Shown: positions 38,536 to 50,763 of the stretch, piece by piece
How positions within the stretch are numbered: position 1 is the first letter of the stretch
Layout: each line of letters begins with the position of its first letter
Origin: Dicyema japonicum
Taxonomy: Eukaryota > Animalia > Dicyemida
Direction of reading: 5' to 3'
Assembly (NCBI GenBank): GCA_011109175.1
Contig: RDEW01000083.1
Span: 75,364-139,363 of the forward strand
DNA length: 64,000 bases
The notes under the pieces: model-generated
Told to the model about the DNA's origin: nothing
Seen by the model: only the letters and a program-made list of their open reading frames with translations
Databases searched by the model: none
Position numbers and translations under genes: made by a program

Positions 38536-40311
38536 ATGGATAAGTATCCAAATATCACAAAAATTCACGAGTTTGGTAAATTCTATATTCTAGCTTTATC
38601 GATCAAAACCAGGAGTCTTATATTAAAAGACTAGCAGATTCAGTTGCTATAAAAAGTATCTCAGCATGGCAAGAAACACGTGGAGAAATATTTAAAATGA
38701 TGGACTTTATCGAAGATCTATTGGAATCTTTTGAAGCCAAAGTAGAAAGAGAATCTTTGAAAACCTTCCAAACATTCCCAGATTCAAGAGTGGCCCTATT
38801 CCCTCCAGTCATCCTAGCTGAATTGCCATCAAAGCGCCCAAATGCGAAGACTCTTCTTATTTATGGACATTTAGACGTTCAACCAGCCAAAATTGTTAGT
38901 TTCATTTTTAGTGATTTCTAGGAGGATGGGTGGAACACCGACCCATTCGTTCTAACTGAGGAAGACGGTGTCTTATATGGCCGAGGCACTACAGATGATA
39001 AGGTATGATTGATCCCATAGCATAGGGCCCGGTTTTATGCTGGATTAACATGATCGAGGCTTACATAAAAACTGGAGAAGAGATTCCAGTAAATTTGAAA
39101 GTATGGTTTAATTTTTTAAATTTTATAAATAATTTAATTAATATTTTACGATAATTCAATATTTTCAGTTTTGCATCGAAGGAATGGAAGAAAGCGACTC
39201 CGAAGGACTTAGCGAAATCATAGTGAAGCGAAAGGACTTTTTTCAAGTAAAGTATATTTTTGAGTCAGAACGTCGACTTTGCCTGCATTTCGGACAACTA
39301 CTGGCTGGGTACTCATAGACCTTGCATCACCTATGGACTGAGGGGGGTCATCTGCTTCGAATTGACTGTAAAATGTGGGAGGAAAGACTTCCATTCAGGA
39401 ACGTATGGGGGAACTATGTAATTTGCGGATTATTATATGCCAGAAACGAAGCCATGATAGATCTCTGCCATATTATGTCCTCTCTAGTGTCTTCGGATGG
39501 AAAAATTAAAATCTCGCGATTTATGACGGCGTGGCAGAGCTTACTAGTGAGGAGTCTTCACTATACGACAATATTGATTTTGATTTGGTATTTTTTATTA
39601 AAATATTATAAATTTATAATTAAATTTTAATTCAACTAATATTGTTTTAGGACGAATTTATCTCAGAAGTTGGTTGTCGTGGTGCTTTAAACGATAAAAA
39701 ACAAACCTTGATGCACCGTTGGAGATATCCCTCCTTGTCTATCCATGGTATTGATTTTTGATCACGTGGTTAGGAATCGAAGGAGCTTTTTACGAGCCTG
39801 GATGCAAGACCGTGATTCCAGGATGTGTAATAGGGAAGTTTTCGATTAGAACGGTCCCCGATATGAACCACAGCGAAGTAATCAAACTAGTTGAAGAACA
39901 TGTGACTAAAGTACACTCAGATTTGTATACTTCTACCGAAATGAAGTTACTGGTTGTGGGACTTTTAGACTTGTTGTTAATTCTAATGGACAATACTGGT
40001 TGGGGAAGGTCGGAGACAAGAATTTCCAGAGTGCCATAAATGCTACGATTGACGGTTATATTAGTAGCTCATTACAGTCTACGGTTAATGCCCGACTTGA
40101 CACGTGAGGGTGGAAGCATTCCGATTGTCTTAGACATTGAGAGGGCGACCGGAACAAGCGTAGTTTTACTTCCAGTAGGACGTGGTGACGATGGTGCTCA
40201 TTCCCAAAATGAGAAACTTAACGTGGCCAACTACATGAATGGGGTCACTCTATTTTGTAGTTTTAGATCAAATTGTTTGCCTCCTATGTGGCTCATTTGT
40301 CCGTAGATTAG
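38536..40311 (+). CDS. CNDP2: Cytosolic non-specific dipeptidase (M20A), with two apparent 1-nt frame breaks
   Basis: Spliced product has [59 protein letters not shown] and [11 protein letters not shown]. Introns are mostly 22-27 nt, plus two AT-rich introns of about 60-70 nt. Confidence 0.93.
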
Positions 40312-40589
40312 TATTATTGATTTGTAATTTATTTGTTTCGTTAATAATCGGTTTTTTGGTTTAGCTGGTGATCGGGCTCTTGAACACTATTTTTTGAAAG
40401 CAATGAATTTATTGACTAACCTCCCTCTCCTGACGTTTATTGTCAAGTCTGAAAAGTCATGAACGTCGACGACCCGTGAATTTGTTGTGTAATAATCTGT
40501 CAGATTAGAATGATTGATAGCCTTGATGAATATGGAAAGTTCTTGAGGCCTATCAACAAATTATAGGCAAAGTACTGAAACAATCAGTA

Positions 40590-41340
40590 ACGTTCCGAGG
40601 TGACTAAGGGAAACAGATCGTGGATCAATTAGAAGTGGTGGAGCTTATTGCTGACCATTTCGAAAAGTTGCTCAAATCCGATTACCATGGCAGCATTGGG
40701 ACCTCTCCAGATGAGAGAGAATTTTTAGTGGAAATAACCCCACAAGAAGTACAGGTAGTAAGCTCAAAATAAAAAAAATGACAAGAGTCAGGATGCTCTC
40801 AATAACGAATTCTTTGAATTCTTCAACTATGAAAACATCACTTGTATCGACAACACTTACCACTGTGAACGGGTACCCTGATACCCGTTCAGAAAGCTCA
40901 CAAAGTAAGGGTTAAAATAGAAAACCTGAGACTAGCTATTCCACTCCTTAAAGGGGAAATGAGCACATTAGTATACGCAGACGATGTGACTCCACTTCAA
41001 ATCATAAAGAAGCACCTACTGCTTTATTGGAGGAAGTTTGCTGAATGGTTCCTAACAGTAAACTTAAACGAAACTGAAATCACAGAACTCAAAAGAGAGG
41101 AAGCGAGGAGTATTGGCGCAAAAACAAAAGGCTGAGATCCCTTCTCGGAGACAGCGATGACATAACAAAAGGAAAAACATTAGAAAATTCCGCAATGGAT
41201 AAGTTGAGAAAACCTGGTTTGCCAGTAAAGGATACAAGAGTCTGTACAACACACTTGTGAAACCAACACTCTTGTACAATACGGGCACTTGGGCTTGCAC
41301 GAGACAGCTGAACTTCTTTCACAGAGTCCAAAGAGAAACA
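40590..41340 (+). mobile_element. Internally deleted RTE remnant
   Basis: LIADHFEKLL, LIPVQK, LVYADDV, FAEWFLTVN and LVKPTLLYNTGTW in mosaic. Confidence 0.7.
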
Positions 41341-41394
41341 AACGGTTCAGTTAGTTTGTTTACTCCTTCTTTCTTGGTGTTCCCTTCTCGGGGT

Positions 41395-42190
41395 TATTAA
41401 ATAAATAGTTGTTCTCCTCTGATCAGATTTCTTGGCGGCTGGACATCCAGAATAACTGGTACAATGTGAGGACGAACCACAATTTATGCAATTCATTGTG
41501 TTCCCATGAATCTCTCCACACTCGGTCAGGTCGTGTTCCCTGCGCAATGGAACATCTTGTCTTCTCTTACAGAAGGAGGATATGTCCATAGCATTGGCAT
41601 TAAACATATAGATGGGCCTCTTCTTTACCATTCACATGTAATTGTCACGTGGGCAATGTTGAAACCAAGACGAACAAGCGATGTAGTCTCCACCCTTGAT
41701 CCAACTAGAACTTTTGCAAAGGGAGTCTCCTATCTCCCTTGTAGAAATGGCATATGCTCGTAATAGAGGGAGCTGATTCATGAAGGTCGTTATCATCAAC
41801 CCAAAAGGGCAGGTTCTTGAACACAATTTCCGACGGTCTCACTCGGATTTCACTGAAGCAATTGTTTCCAAGTCCAAAAGTGAAGTAGCATTCACATGTT
41901 CACAAAAGTTCCTTTTGTCCTCCTTATGTGAATTCGAGGGGGAAGATCCCGGAGCCTTTGTGGCTCAATCTGATAGACTCCTTCAAGTCGAACGAGTACA
42001 GCACGTTAGAAATATTGATGGCTCCCATATTCGATGTAACAGAGACCTGTACAAACACATTTCCAGAGGATTCAAAAGCTGGAGGATAGTAAGGAATAGA
42101 CTTGTTTTCAGTTTCTGTAGATATGCAAACTGTATTGATCTCCTCTTCAAACTTTTTGACAGTAGTAGCGCCTGTAGATCGTAAAGGAGA
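41395..42190 (-). mobile_element. LINE ORF1 zinc-knuckle remnant, copy 2
   Basis: 41395-41945 is highly similar to 34560-35135 but extends further 5'. Confidence 0.8.
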
Positions 42191-42439
42191 CTAACTTTTA
42201 ATGTCGCACTTTTCGATCCTTTTTAATTAACTTTTTTAACCATTTTTTAACCATCGTCACAACAACACACAGTACGATCATACTTGCATATAGTTACTAT
42301 TATTTGGTAGTTACTTTGTAAGGGATAAAGTCGGGCTTGTTTGCTAAAAATTTAGGCAGCTTTTTTTCGAGCAATCCGAATGATAACCAAAACTTGTATT
42401 AAAAAAAATAATATATTTATAAAATTATTTAATTTAAAA

Positions 42440-44471
42440 ATGTCGATTATCCAAATAAAACTTATTCTAAAATTCAAAATATTATAAGTTATGTTGTTTT
42501 CTTCAATTAAGTTTTACGCCGCTAATAATGTTAACCAAAAGGTACAATTTTAGAGATAAAAATTCAGACCATTGATCAGCTTAAAGCCAATGGTGCCACT
42601 CAATTTGAATATCTCTCTGAATTCCTTAGCGTCGTTTTGTGTGACGATCCAATCTGTGGAGAATTTGTGGAAGCACGTGACTTGTTCAACCTTCCGGTGG
42701 TCTCTGTAATTTTAATTTTTATTTATTTCCAGGAAAATTGGGTCTCGCTTTCTATTCTATGCAACAAACTGCTCAGCTTCGACTGCTTCCGCGTTAACGA
42801 AAATAACATTTTCCATGGACTGACCGTCACCGCAGCTCACGTGGGTAAGGATAGGGACAGATTATGGGCTCTTCTTACTTTCCACGGAGCCATGACATCT
42901 TCTATAGTGACCAGGAACACTACTCACTTTGTCACATGTTATCCTCCACCACTCTGCCTGATCGAGTTCACGTGGTCACGCCGGACTGGGTTGTGGACTC
43001 TGTGAGAGCCAAACGCCGCCTGAACGAGAAGGATTACCTTCCTGAACTTCTTCAAAAAAGACCATTCATCGGTCTCGTCTTTTACGGTGACCTAAAAGGC
43101 GCTGTAGTTGACCAAATCCATGCTAACGGAGGCTCCATATGCCATGTTTGTATGTCCTGTGCTACCTACGTGGTCGCCCAATGTCAGGATCACATTAGAA
43201 CGGTGCTATGTTTTTTAATCGCAGGCTATAAATCAAGGAAAACGAATTATTTCGGTTCATTGGGTCCTCGACTGTATTACCCTTGGAAGAGTTCTTCCTC
43301 CGTGGAAGGCCATTCACTTTCCTCTTCCATTTTTTAACTACAAACCTTGCTGTGGACAGGTGGCTGTAGTGCCCACGTGTAGATAATATCAACGACGGGA
43401 TTTGTCGGTCAGGAGAAGAAGTACATAATTTTGATGATTCAGTTGCTGGGAGCGATCTACACGGACTGTCTCACCTCTCAGAACTCAGTGCTTATATTTA
43501 ACACGTTTGTCGCACGTGGATGATCTTAGACTTAACACCATCAAGGTCGAGAGGGCCATGTCCGTCGACATTGCAGTGGTTAACCCCCTCTGGTTGAGTG
43601 ACCTTATGTTGGGGTACCTCGACGCCCTCAAATTACCAGTGAAGGAAAAATATAAGTCCAAGATGGACAACATCTACGATTTCACTCCCTCGTTGGTTCA
43701 GCACATGTTCGGTATTCCTTAATTTGCACCAAAGTTGGATGGAATTCTGTGGTAACCAAATTCCCGACGGTCAGACCTCCCCCTGAGATCAAGAGGATAA
43801 TGATCACCTTTACTGGAGTGGACGAGTATAAGATCTTAAAGCTAAAGCATGTGAGTTATTTGTTTTTAGCGCAGATGGCCACCAGTTTGGGAGCTTTTAT
43901 AGCCCAAGAGGCCGGGAGGTGCACTCACATTGTGGCAGATAGGCTGGTTCGGTCCCTAAAGTTCCTGTGTGCAATAAATCACTGTACTCACGTTGTCACG
44001 TCTCGGTGGATTGAGGACAGTGCTCAGATTGGGTGTTTTAAGCGTATATCACGTATTTATCGTAGTCGAGGACCCCTACATCCTCAATGATCCCACAAAT
44101 GAGGAGAAATTCAACTGTTCTTTGCGTCAGGTTTTGACCCGAGTCAGTCGGGGACGGCTGTTTGAGGTTGTGTGTCCGGAAATTTGAGGGATTGCGCTTC
44201 TACGTGACCCCAAATGTGATCCCGGACGTGGAGGCTTTAAAGCCTATAATCATAAATGCAGGAGGATTTTATCTCCAGGACATACCCACGTGCTATAGTG
44301 ACCGTACATTCATAATAAGTTGTGATCGAGACGCTAGCATGGTCGCCAACCTTATAAAGGGAGGAATGCGTAAGTGTCCTCTATATTTTAGGCGTATACT
44401 CACCCGAATTGATCCTCTCCAGTGTTTTTGTTCAAAAGCTCATTATCGAGAATTTCGTCCTTAAATATTAA
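42440..44471 (+). CDS. PAXIP1: PAX-interacting protein 1 (PTIP), six BRCT domains
   Basis: GEFVEARDLFNLPVV...LWALLTFHG, VVTPDWV, LPPWKAIHFPLP, STTGFVG, VNPLWLSDL, CTHIVADRLVRSLKFLCAI and FYVTPNVIP match PTIP in order. About 11 introns of 22-27 nt. The exact first exon is uncertain. Confidence 0.92.
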
Positions 44472-44516
44472 TCGTTAATTATTATATATACTAATAAAAT
44501 TAATTTATTGTGCTAA

Positions 44517-45280
44517 TGCTGTGTAACGACTGCCGGGCAAAAGGCCTAATGCCCACAAGTTCGAATCTCGCTGCTGTACTTTCTGGCTGAAGGTTCCACG
44601 CATCTACGATGTTTTGGCTTGACGAGTGACGCTGTCATCAGCGAACATTTCACTATGGAACTGGATCATCTATAAAGGACTGGATACATCCAACAACAAA
44701 AAAAATCTTTCTTCTTGAAAAATCGAGGAGAGCAGGGATCAAGATTGCCTTGCGCAAAAAGCTTGACTAGAAGATAGATGAAAATTTGTTAGTAATGTCA
44801 ATCAGAGATGCAGCAGAAAAAAATATGGCAAACTTTTAAAAAAAAGAGATGCCATCATTGACTTACTCTGCAGCACAGAATGAACGATAAGAAGGGTCTG
44901 AGAGCACAGAAAAGATTCCAATCGATTTCAGGACTTGTCGTGAAAAGCCTAATAATACCCACTTTGATTTCCTTGTTAATAAAAGTTGAAGTTAAAAAAA
45001 GAAGTGAAGAGCATTCCTTGGTTCTCCTCTACGATTTGTTATCATAAGTGTTCTTTACTTAAATAAAGTTTGTTCTGTCTTGGAGAAGCCATAGCTAATC
45101 GTAAAGTGCTGACGATATTCAGATGGTTCCGGTTAGAATTTCCCTGCTGTCCATTCTGGTTGGAAGCTCCACGCATCTACGACGCTTCTTTGATGAACGA
45201 GTGACAAAGTTATCCATAAATACCTCACAGTGAAACTGGTTTGTTTACGGGGGTTCATATGTGACAAAAAAAAGTTCGTT
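44517..45280 (+). repeat. Two tandem copies of the SINE/LTR-like dispersed repeat
   Basis: Head tgctgtgtaacga...gttcgaatc at 44517 and tail aagtgaagagcattcc...ttaaataaagt at 45000-45070. A second, diverged copy starts near 45085. Confidence 0.7.
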
Positions 45281-45994
45281 GTCCCCCTCTCAACTACTAG
45301 TTAATGTAAATGTTCTTTACTCTAAAATAAAGTCCATGATGAGCTATAAGTATTATGGATTGAGTTCAGGTCCTACGCTTCCGATTTTTTATTTTGTTTA
45401 GAACTTTGGGTTTCCAATATCTCCCGAGTCCATCACCTCATCCGTACTCACGAGAAGGAAGATATGCTCAGTAAGGTGCGTTTTTGCTACTAACGACTTC
45501 TTGTTTGACCAAATTGTAATTTAATTATCGCAAACATTTACCTGTTTGTGCGTTCTTATCGTCCCAAGTTGTGAGCTTAGTTTTTTAATTTTTCTCCAGA
45601 ACTCCTTTGTTCGGTCTTCTGACATTAATGTTTAGAAACCAGTCCGAGAATACTTGTGGTCCACCAAATACAGTGATATTCGGTGGAGGCAGGTTTCGAA
45701 CCTTCAATAATAACCACGTCTCCGTTAAATGGTGACTTTTGTTATAATCTTTCTGAGTCTAACTGAGAGTGGAGAAGTAGCAACTCCACTCGTGTGTAAT
45801 TAATGATACAATTAGGAGATCATATGATGACGTAATCAAGGATTAATTGAACTACGAAATATATTGATTAGGCAGATCTTTCAGTAATGTCATTCACGTT
45901 CTCTATTTGTCCAATAGGTCACACGAGTACATTTTAGTCAATAAAATTCGCATGAAATATTAAAACAACGCCAATCGTGAATTACTAAAGCAGC

Positions 45995-47147
45995 ATGGAC
46001 AGGTAGCTGAATCAATTAGAGGTTTAGGGACGCGGCCTACCAGGAGCTGAGAAACAGAGTAGAAACCCAGGAGGAGTCCACCAATAAACTGATTGATAAT
46101 GCTATCCTCATGAAAAGATCAGTTGGTGACTCAATGAAGAACTCAAAACAGATAATCGAGGCTGAAATAAACGCAAGGGCGAATGCTGATAAGCAGATCA
46201 GATTGCTCACGAATGTTGTGGGGAAACTAGACAGGGATATTGAGGTTGGCTGGTAATTGACCGTAGAATGTGGAATTGAGCATAAATAAAAATTTCGAAA
46301 ATTTAAAGGTCATAGGAATCCACGTGAGCAAACTTCAGCATACCTACGAGACTGAAATTAGAAATATCGCTGGGAATATAGAAAATGTCATAAAGAATCA
46401 AGCAAGCATCGAAACTGACCTGAAATTGCTGCAGCATCAAGCATTGTCGTTTACAATTTTCAAGGAACATTACGAGAAAAGCTCGGCAGAGCATCAACTG
46501 GCGATCCATGATGTAAAGCCTTACTTATCTAGAAACTAAGTAATCTGAACTCTTTGATGGACAAATGTGAAATGACTTGCAAGGACCAGATATCGGGCAT
46601 GCTGGCTGAGATTGCGGAAAAATTAAAAATATTTGAATTTGGCTGTAGTGAAATGTACAGAGAAATGAAAAACTACTGCGAAGAGAATTTCAAACTTTCC
46701 GACCGACAGAAGGAGTCAATGAAGAGCAACCTGACGGAACTCATCGAAGAGAAGTTGTCGGTCTATGACATTCGGATTGTAGGTGTTCAGGGATTTACCT
46801 TTAGAACGAGATCAGGGAAAGATGCAACTCCCAAAACGTTGAGGGGAAGCTGATCTCCATAGAGAAAAGACTAACGGACCTCGAATTGAACGAACAAGTC
46901 CAAAAGGTTAGTTTTCAATTTCACCCCTCAGAACATGTGTGATGCTGTTTCTCACAGACTAGAAAATTCTCTGACAGAGTTCAAGCAGCATATCGACGAC
47001 TTGAATGAAAATATCGATAAAGATGTCGACAACGTCACGAACCAAGTGGAGGCTCTCAGTGCTGATTTTGACGAAAAGTTCAATCGGCTTAAAAGTGAAA
47101 CCTTAGAAAAAATAGAGAACATCAAACAAGCGTTGATTCGTTTATAA
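45995..47147 (+). CDS. FAM81: FAM81-family coiled-coil protein
   Basis: LRNRVETQEESTNKLIDNAILMKRSV...DKQIRLLTNVVGKLDRDIE parallels FAM81A [26 protein letters not shown]...EEHIRNITAIVKQLNRDIE. Five introns of 20-26 nt give a continuous frame. Confidence 0.72.
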
Positions 47148-47190
47148 TTTCTAATAAATATAATTTTTAATATTGTCTCCAAGCAACAGA

Positions 47191-47879
47191 ATGGGTGATT
47201 CAATCAATTTTGATAAATTGGATAAACAACTGCAAAATCTGGTTTTGGAGGAAAAACTATATTGGGAGAAGAATGACGCTAAGCTTAGGGCGGTGGAACA
47301 GCGAGTGGGGACGTATGAAGAGTTCAGGTGATTGGAGTTATTATTTCAAGACAAATGGTCCTCGGGGCTCATCTCAAACCTTTAAACAAGGACGAGAGAA
47401 TCACAGACATCAACAGGGGACATTGCAGGTGGAATACCATCTCAGAAACGAAAAATGTTTCAAAATCTCCAAATTTATCGAATTCGCAACAAGAGTCTTC
47501 CAGTAACGTGAAAATTGAGAATGTCTCCCATTTCATGACTTTTTGGAAAAAATCGAAACAGATGGATTACAGATTTAATCTGCTCTTACAAACGGGCCCA
47601 AAGGAACTCAAACGATTTTTCATGTCGGATTTAAGATTTGACTTTTTTGACGAGGCCATAATAGCTTTGAGTGCTAATGAAGTTAGTCCCGGAGTAATCG
47701 AAATCTTGGAGGCGCTGAGTCTCTGCAAGGGATTCAAGCTCGTCGTAGACTTCATGTCCACTAACGCCAGGGAATGCTGCAAATCCTTGTTCAGCAAAGT
47801 TTCTTCCACAGATTCTGAAGTTGTTCGTAAGCTCACTAAGTTATATCTCCCAAACTACTTGGAAGGTAAATATTCTTGA
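47191..47879 (+). CDS. CCDC103: Outer dynein arm attachment factor CCDC103 (DNAAF19)
   Basis: MGDSINFDKLDKQL...NDAKLRAVEQRVGTYEEFR|QMVLGAHLKPL with one 23-nt intron (47328-47350). RPAP3_C-like tail RFNLLLQTG...GFKLVVDFMS...CKSLFSK. Confidence 0.93.
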
Positions 47880-48441
47880 TTCCACCAACTCCCCAATTTT
47901 CCATATTTTCTTGACGCTTGTTTTATTTCTGAAATAAAATCTAAATTTGAACGTTCTTGGCTAATTAGATCATTGAAGGTTAACTAAACCCAGAAGAGAT
48001 CGAAGTGAGAACCTCTGAGTTCTCTTCTGAGATGATGAAAGCAAAAAATGATAATTTATTGCTTTTATAGAACGGTTTTGTGGAGGAGTGATGAGGGAAT
48101 TAGTAATATAGAGATAACTAGGCAACGTTGAAAAAGTTTGATATTAAGGCTTATTCTCAGAAATAGTTAATCGATTAAATCATCAATTAGCTTTGTCTAA
48201 ATTTATATTATGATGTCAAAAAGATACATTATGCTAGCGTTGTGCTTATATCGATAAAACAATCAGATTAGCGCTATTTATAAGTAAGAATTAAGTTCTC
48301 CTTGGATGCAGCAAGTGTCGTTTATGTACAACGTCCCCCATTGGCGGTTTGTGCACGTGCTTAAATCATGCGGTGTAGAAATATTTTATATATTATTTTG
48401 GTTGTCTATTGGTTAACAGTAATATTACCATAGCAGCATAC

Positions 48442-49764
48442 ATGTATTTTATTTAAATTTTTATTAATTTAAGGGAAAAGAAACCGAATGAGTCGGAGGA
48501 TCAGTACTTCCTCACAGAAAGACGGGAAATCGAAATTAAGAACAGAAGAATCGTCATCAATGTTAGCGGTCTTCGCTTTGAAACATACATTGAGTCGCTG
48601 GAGTCATTCCCAGAGACACTACTCGGAAATCCGGAAAGAAGAAATCAATTCTACGACGGTGAAAAGGGGGAATTATTTTTTAACAAAAATCGTGCTTGTT
48701 TTGAGCATATTTTGTATTATTACCAAAGTGGAGGAATAATTCGATGTCCATCAAATATTCCTATCGACATATTTATTGATGAGATTGAATATTTCGGATT
48801 AAATAGAGAATTGATTTCTCAGTTTCGAGATGATCATCTGCCAAAACAGAAGGAGAAGGAAGTCATGCCAGAAAATTACGTAAGAAAAAAACTTTGGATG
48901 CTATTTGAGTATCCGGAAACTTCCATGTGTGCCAGAATAGTGGCTTCCTGGTCGATGGTGGTTATTCTTTTATCAATTATCCTATTTTGCGTTGAGACGC
49001 TCCCCCAATATGCGGAATCGACCAATCAGACGTCTTCTAATAATCGGACCCTCAAGGAACCGTATAACAGAATATTCTTTAATATTGAAACTGCATGTAT
49101 GGCCTGGTTTTGCTTCGAACTGATAACCCGTTTTATTTTGTCCCCACGGAAGTGTGTCTTCATCAAGAATGTACTCAATATTATTGACCTGATCTCCATT
49201 TTACCGTATTTTATCACTTTGGCAACTAAAAACGTGCAGAACAGTCAGGCACAGAGCATTGAGGTTATCCGAGTGATGAGATTGGTCCGAGTATTCAGAA
49301 TCTTTAAGTTATCGAGGCATTCCAAAGGTCTCCAAATTCTTGGCCAAACCCTGAAGGCGTCCTTGCACGAAATGATTATGCTTTCCTTCTTTTTGGGAGT
49401 TATAGTTATTCTTTTTTCAAGTGCTATTTACTTTGCTGAGGCTCATCTCCCAAACACTCAGTTCCACAGTATTCCTGAAGCATTTTGGTGGGCGGTCGTC
49501 ACGATCACCACTGTTGGATATGGTGACATCACCCCCGTTGGATTTTGGGGTAAAATTGTCGGATCAATGTGTGCAATCGCTGGGGTCCTGACAATTGCTC
49601 TCCCAGTCCCAGTTATCGTTTCGAATTTCAACCACTTTTATCAGCTAGAAATGGAACGGGGGAAAATTATTCAGGACGTAAACCCGGAATTGCCGGATCA
49701 AACGGAAGATGGTAAAACTACCGAAAATAACTCGAGAAACTCAAAAATTTATTCATATCGATAA
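48442..49764 (+). CDS. KCNA (Shaker): Shaker-type voltage-gated K+ channel (Kv1)
   Basis: The frame is open from 48457. T1 RIVINVSGLRFET, LWMLFEYPETS, S4 RVMRLVRVFRIFKLSRHSKGL, pore FWWAVVTITTVGYGD and S6 IALPVPVIVSNF. The start is inferred across a 30-nt intron (48444-48473). Confidence 0.95.
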
Positions 49765-50763
49765 ACGTGTGAATCAAAGATTCTGTGAAAATTTGAATTT
49801 TTAAAATTTTTAACAGATTTCAAATACAATTAATTCTGCATTTAATAAAATTTTGTACATTTTACAGTTTCCCCCCAAATTTAGTCTAATAAATGACATG
49901 TGGTTTGGTATGACTGCAAAAAAGAAGCTAATTTGTTGAGTTTCTGTAAAGATCAACAAAATATGTCCTTAAATTTGCATAAGGGCTGGATCCAAAATAC
50001 CATCAAAATAACTGTATGGGAACCATTGGACAGCTACACGATGGGTCATATCAGGCCCGGCCAGCCTTACTCATTATTTAGTTTCCAGGCTTTCGGCTTC
50101 TTGCCAACTTTGATTACTATTACGTAGTGTTTGAGTTTGATTGAAAAAAATTATTATTTTAAAAATTAAAGCTGAAATTACAGCTGATTAGCTTCAACCC
50201 ACGTGGTTTCTTGAAGTGTCAGTAAAATTGTGTAATATTGATAAGTAGTCGTTTTAGAAATTGATAGATTCGATCAATATTGAATAGCTCTCAATCACCG
50301 AGATTTCATTAGGTTTCAAGAGACATTTGGGGTGAAAGGGGTGAAAGTGATCTAAATTCCCCTTGTTTGTGTACCACCTCCCAACCTAGTCACCAAACAA
50401 GACAAAGTGGATTTATCAGCTATAAAACCTTTGACATTCTCTGATAATATTTTTTGAGATAACTGCACGTGCTAGGTATTGCTACACAGGTAGACTTTTT
50501 ACCAATAAAAGTTCCGTTAAGGTTTTTGGGAAGCGAAGGATGAACTTGTTGTTGAGAGAGTCGAGGAAAATTTAGATCAGTAATTTTTGAGATATTTTAA
50601 GTCGTGTCGTTCCCCTAATATTATTCACCAGGGCAACTGCACGTGCGTAGGACTCAATCATTGTGGTATTAATGAGACGGCACGTGCTAGAATTTTGCAA
50701 AAAATGGCACAGAGACGCAGGGAAGACTTTTAAACGTATTTATGTTAACGGAAATTAATAATG

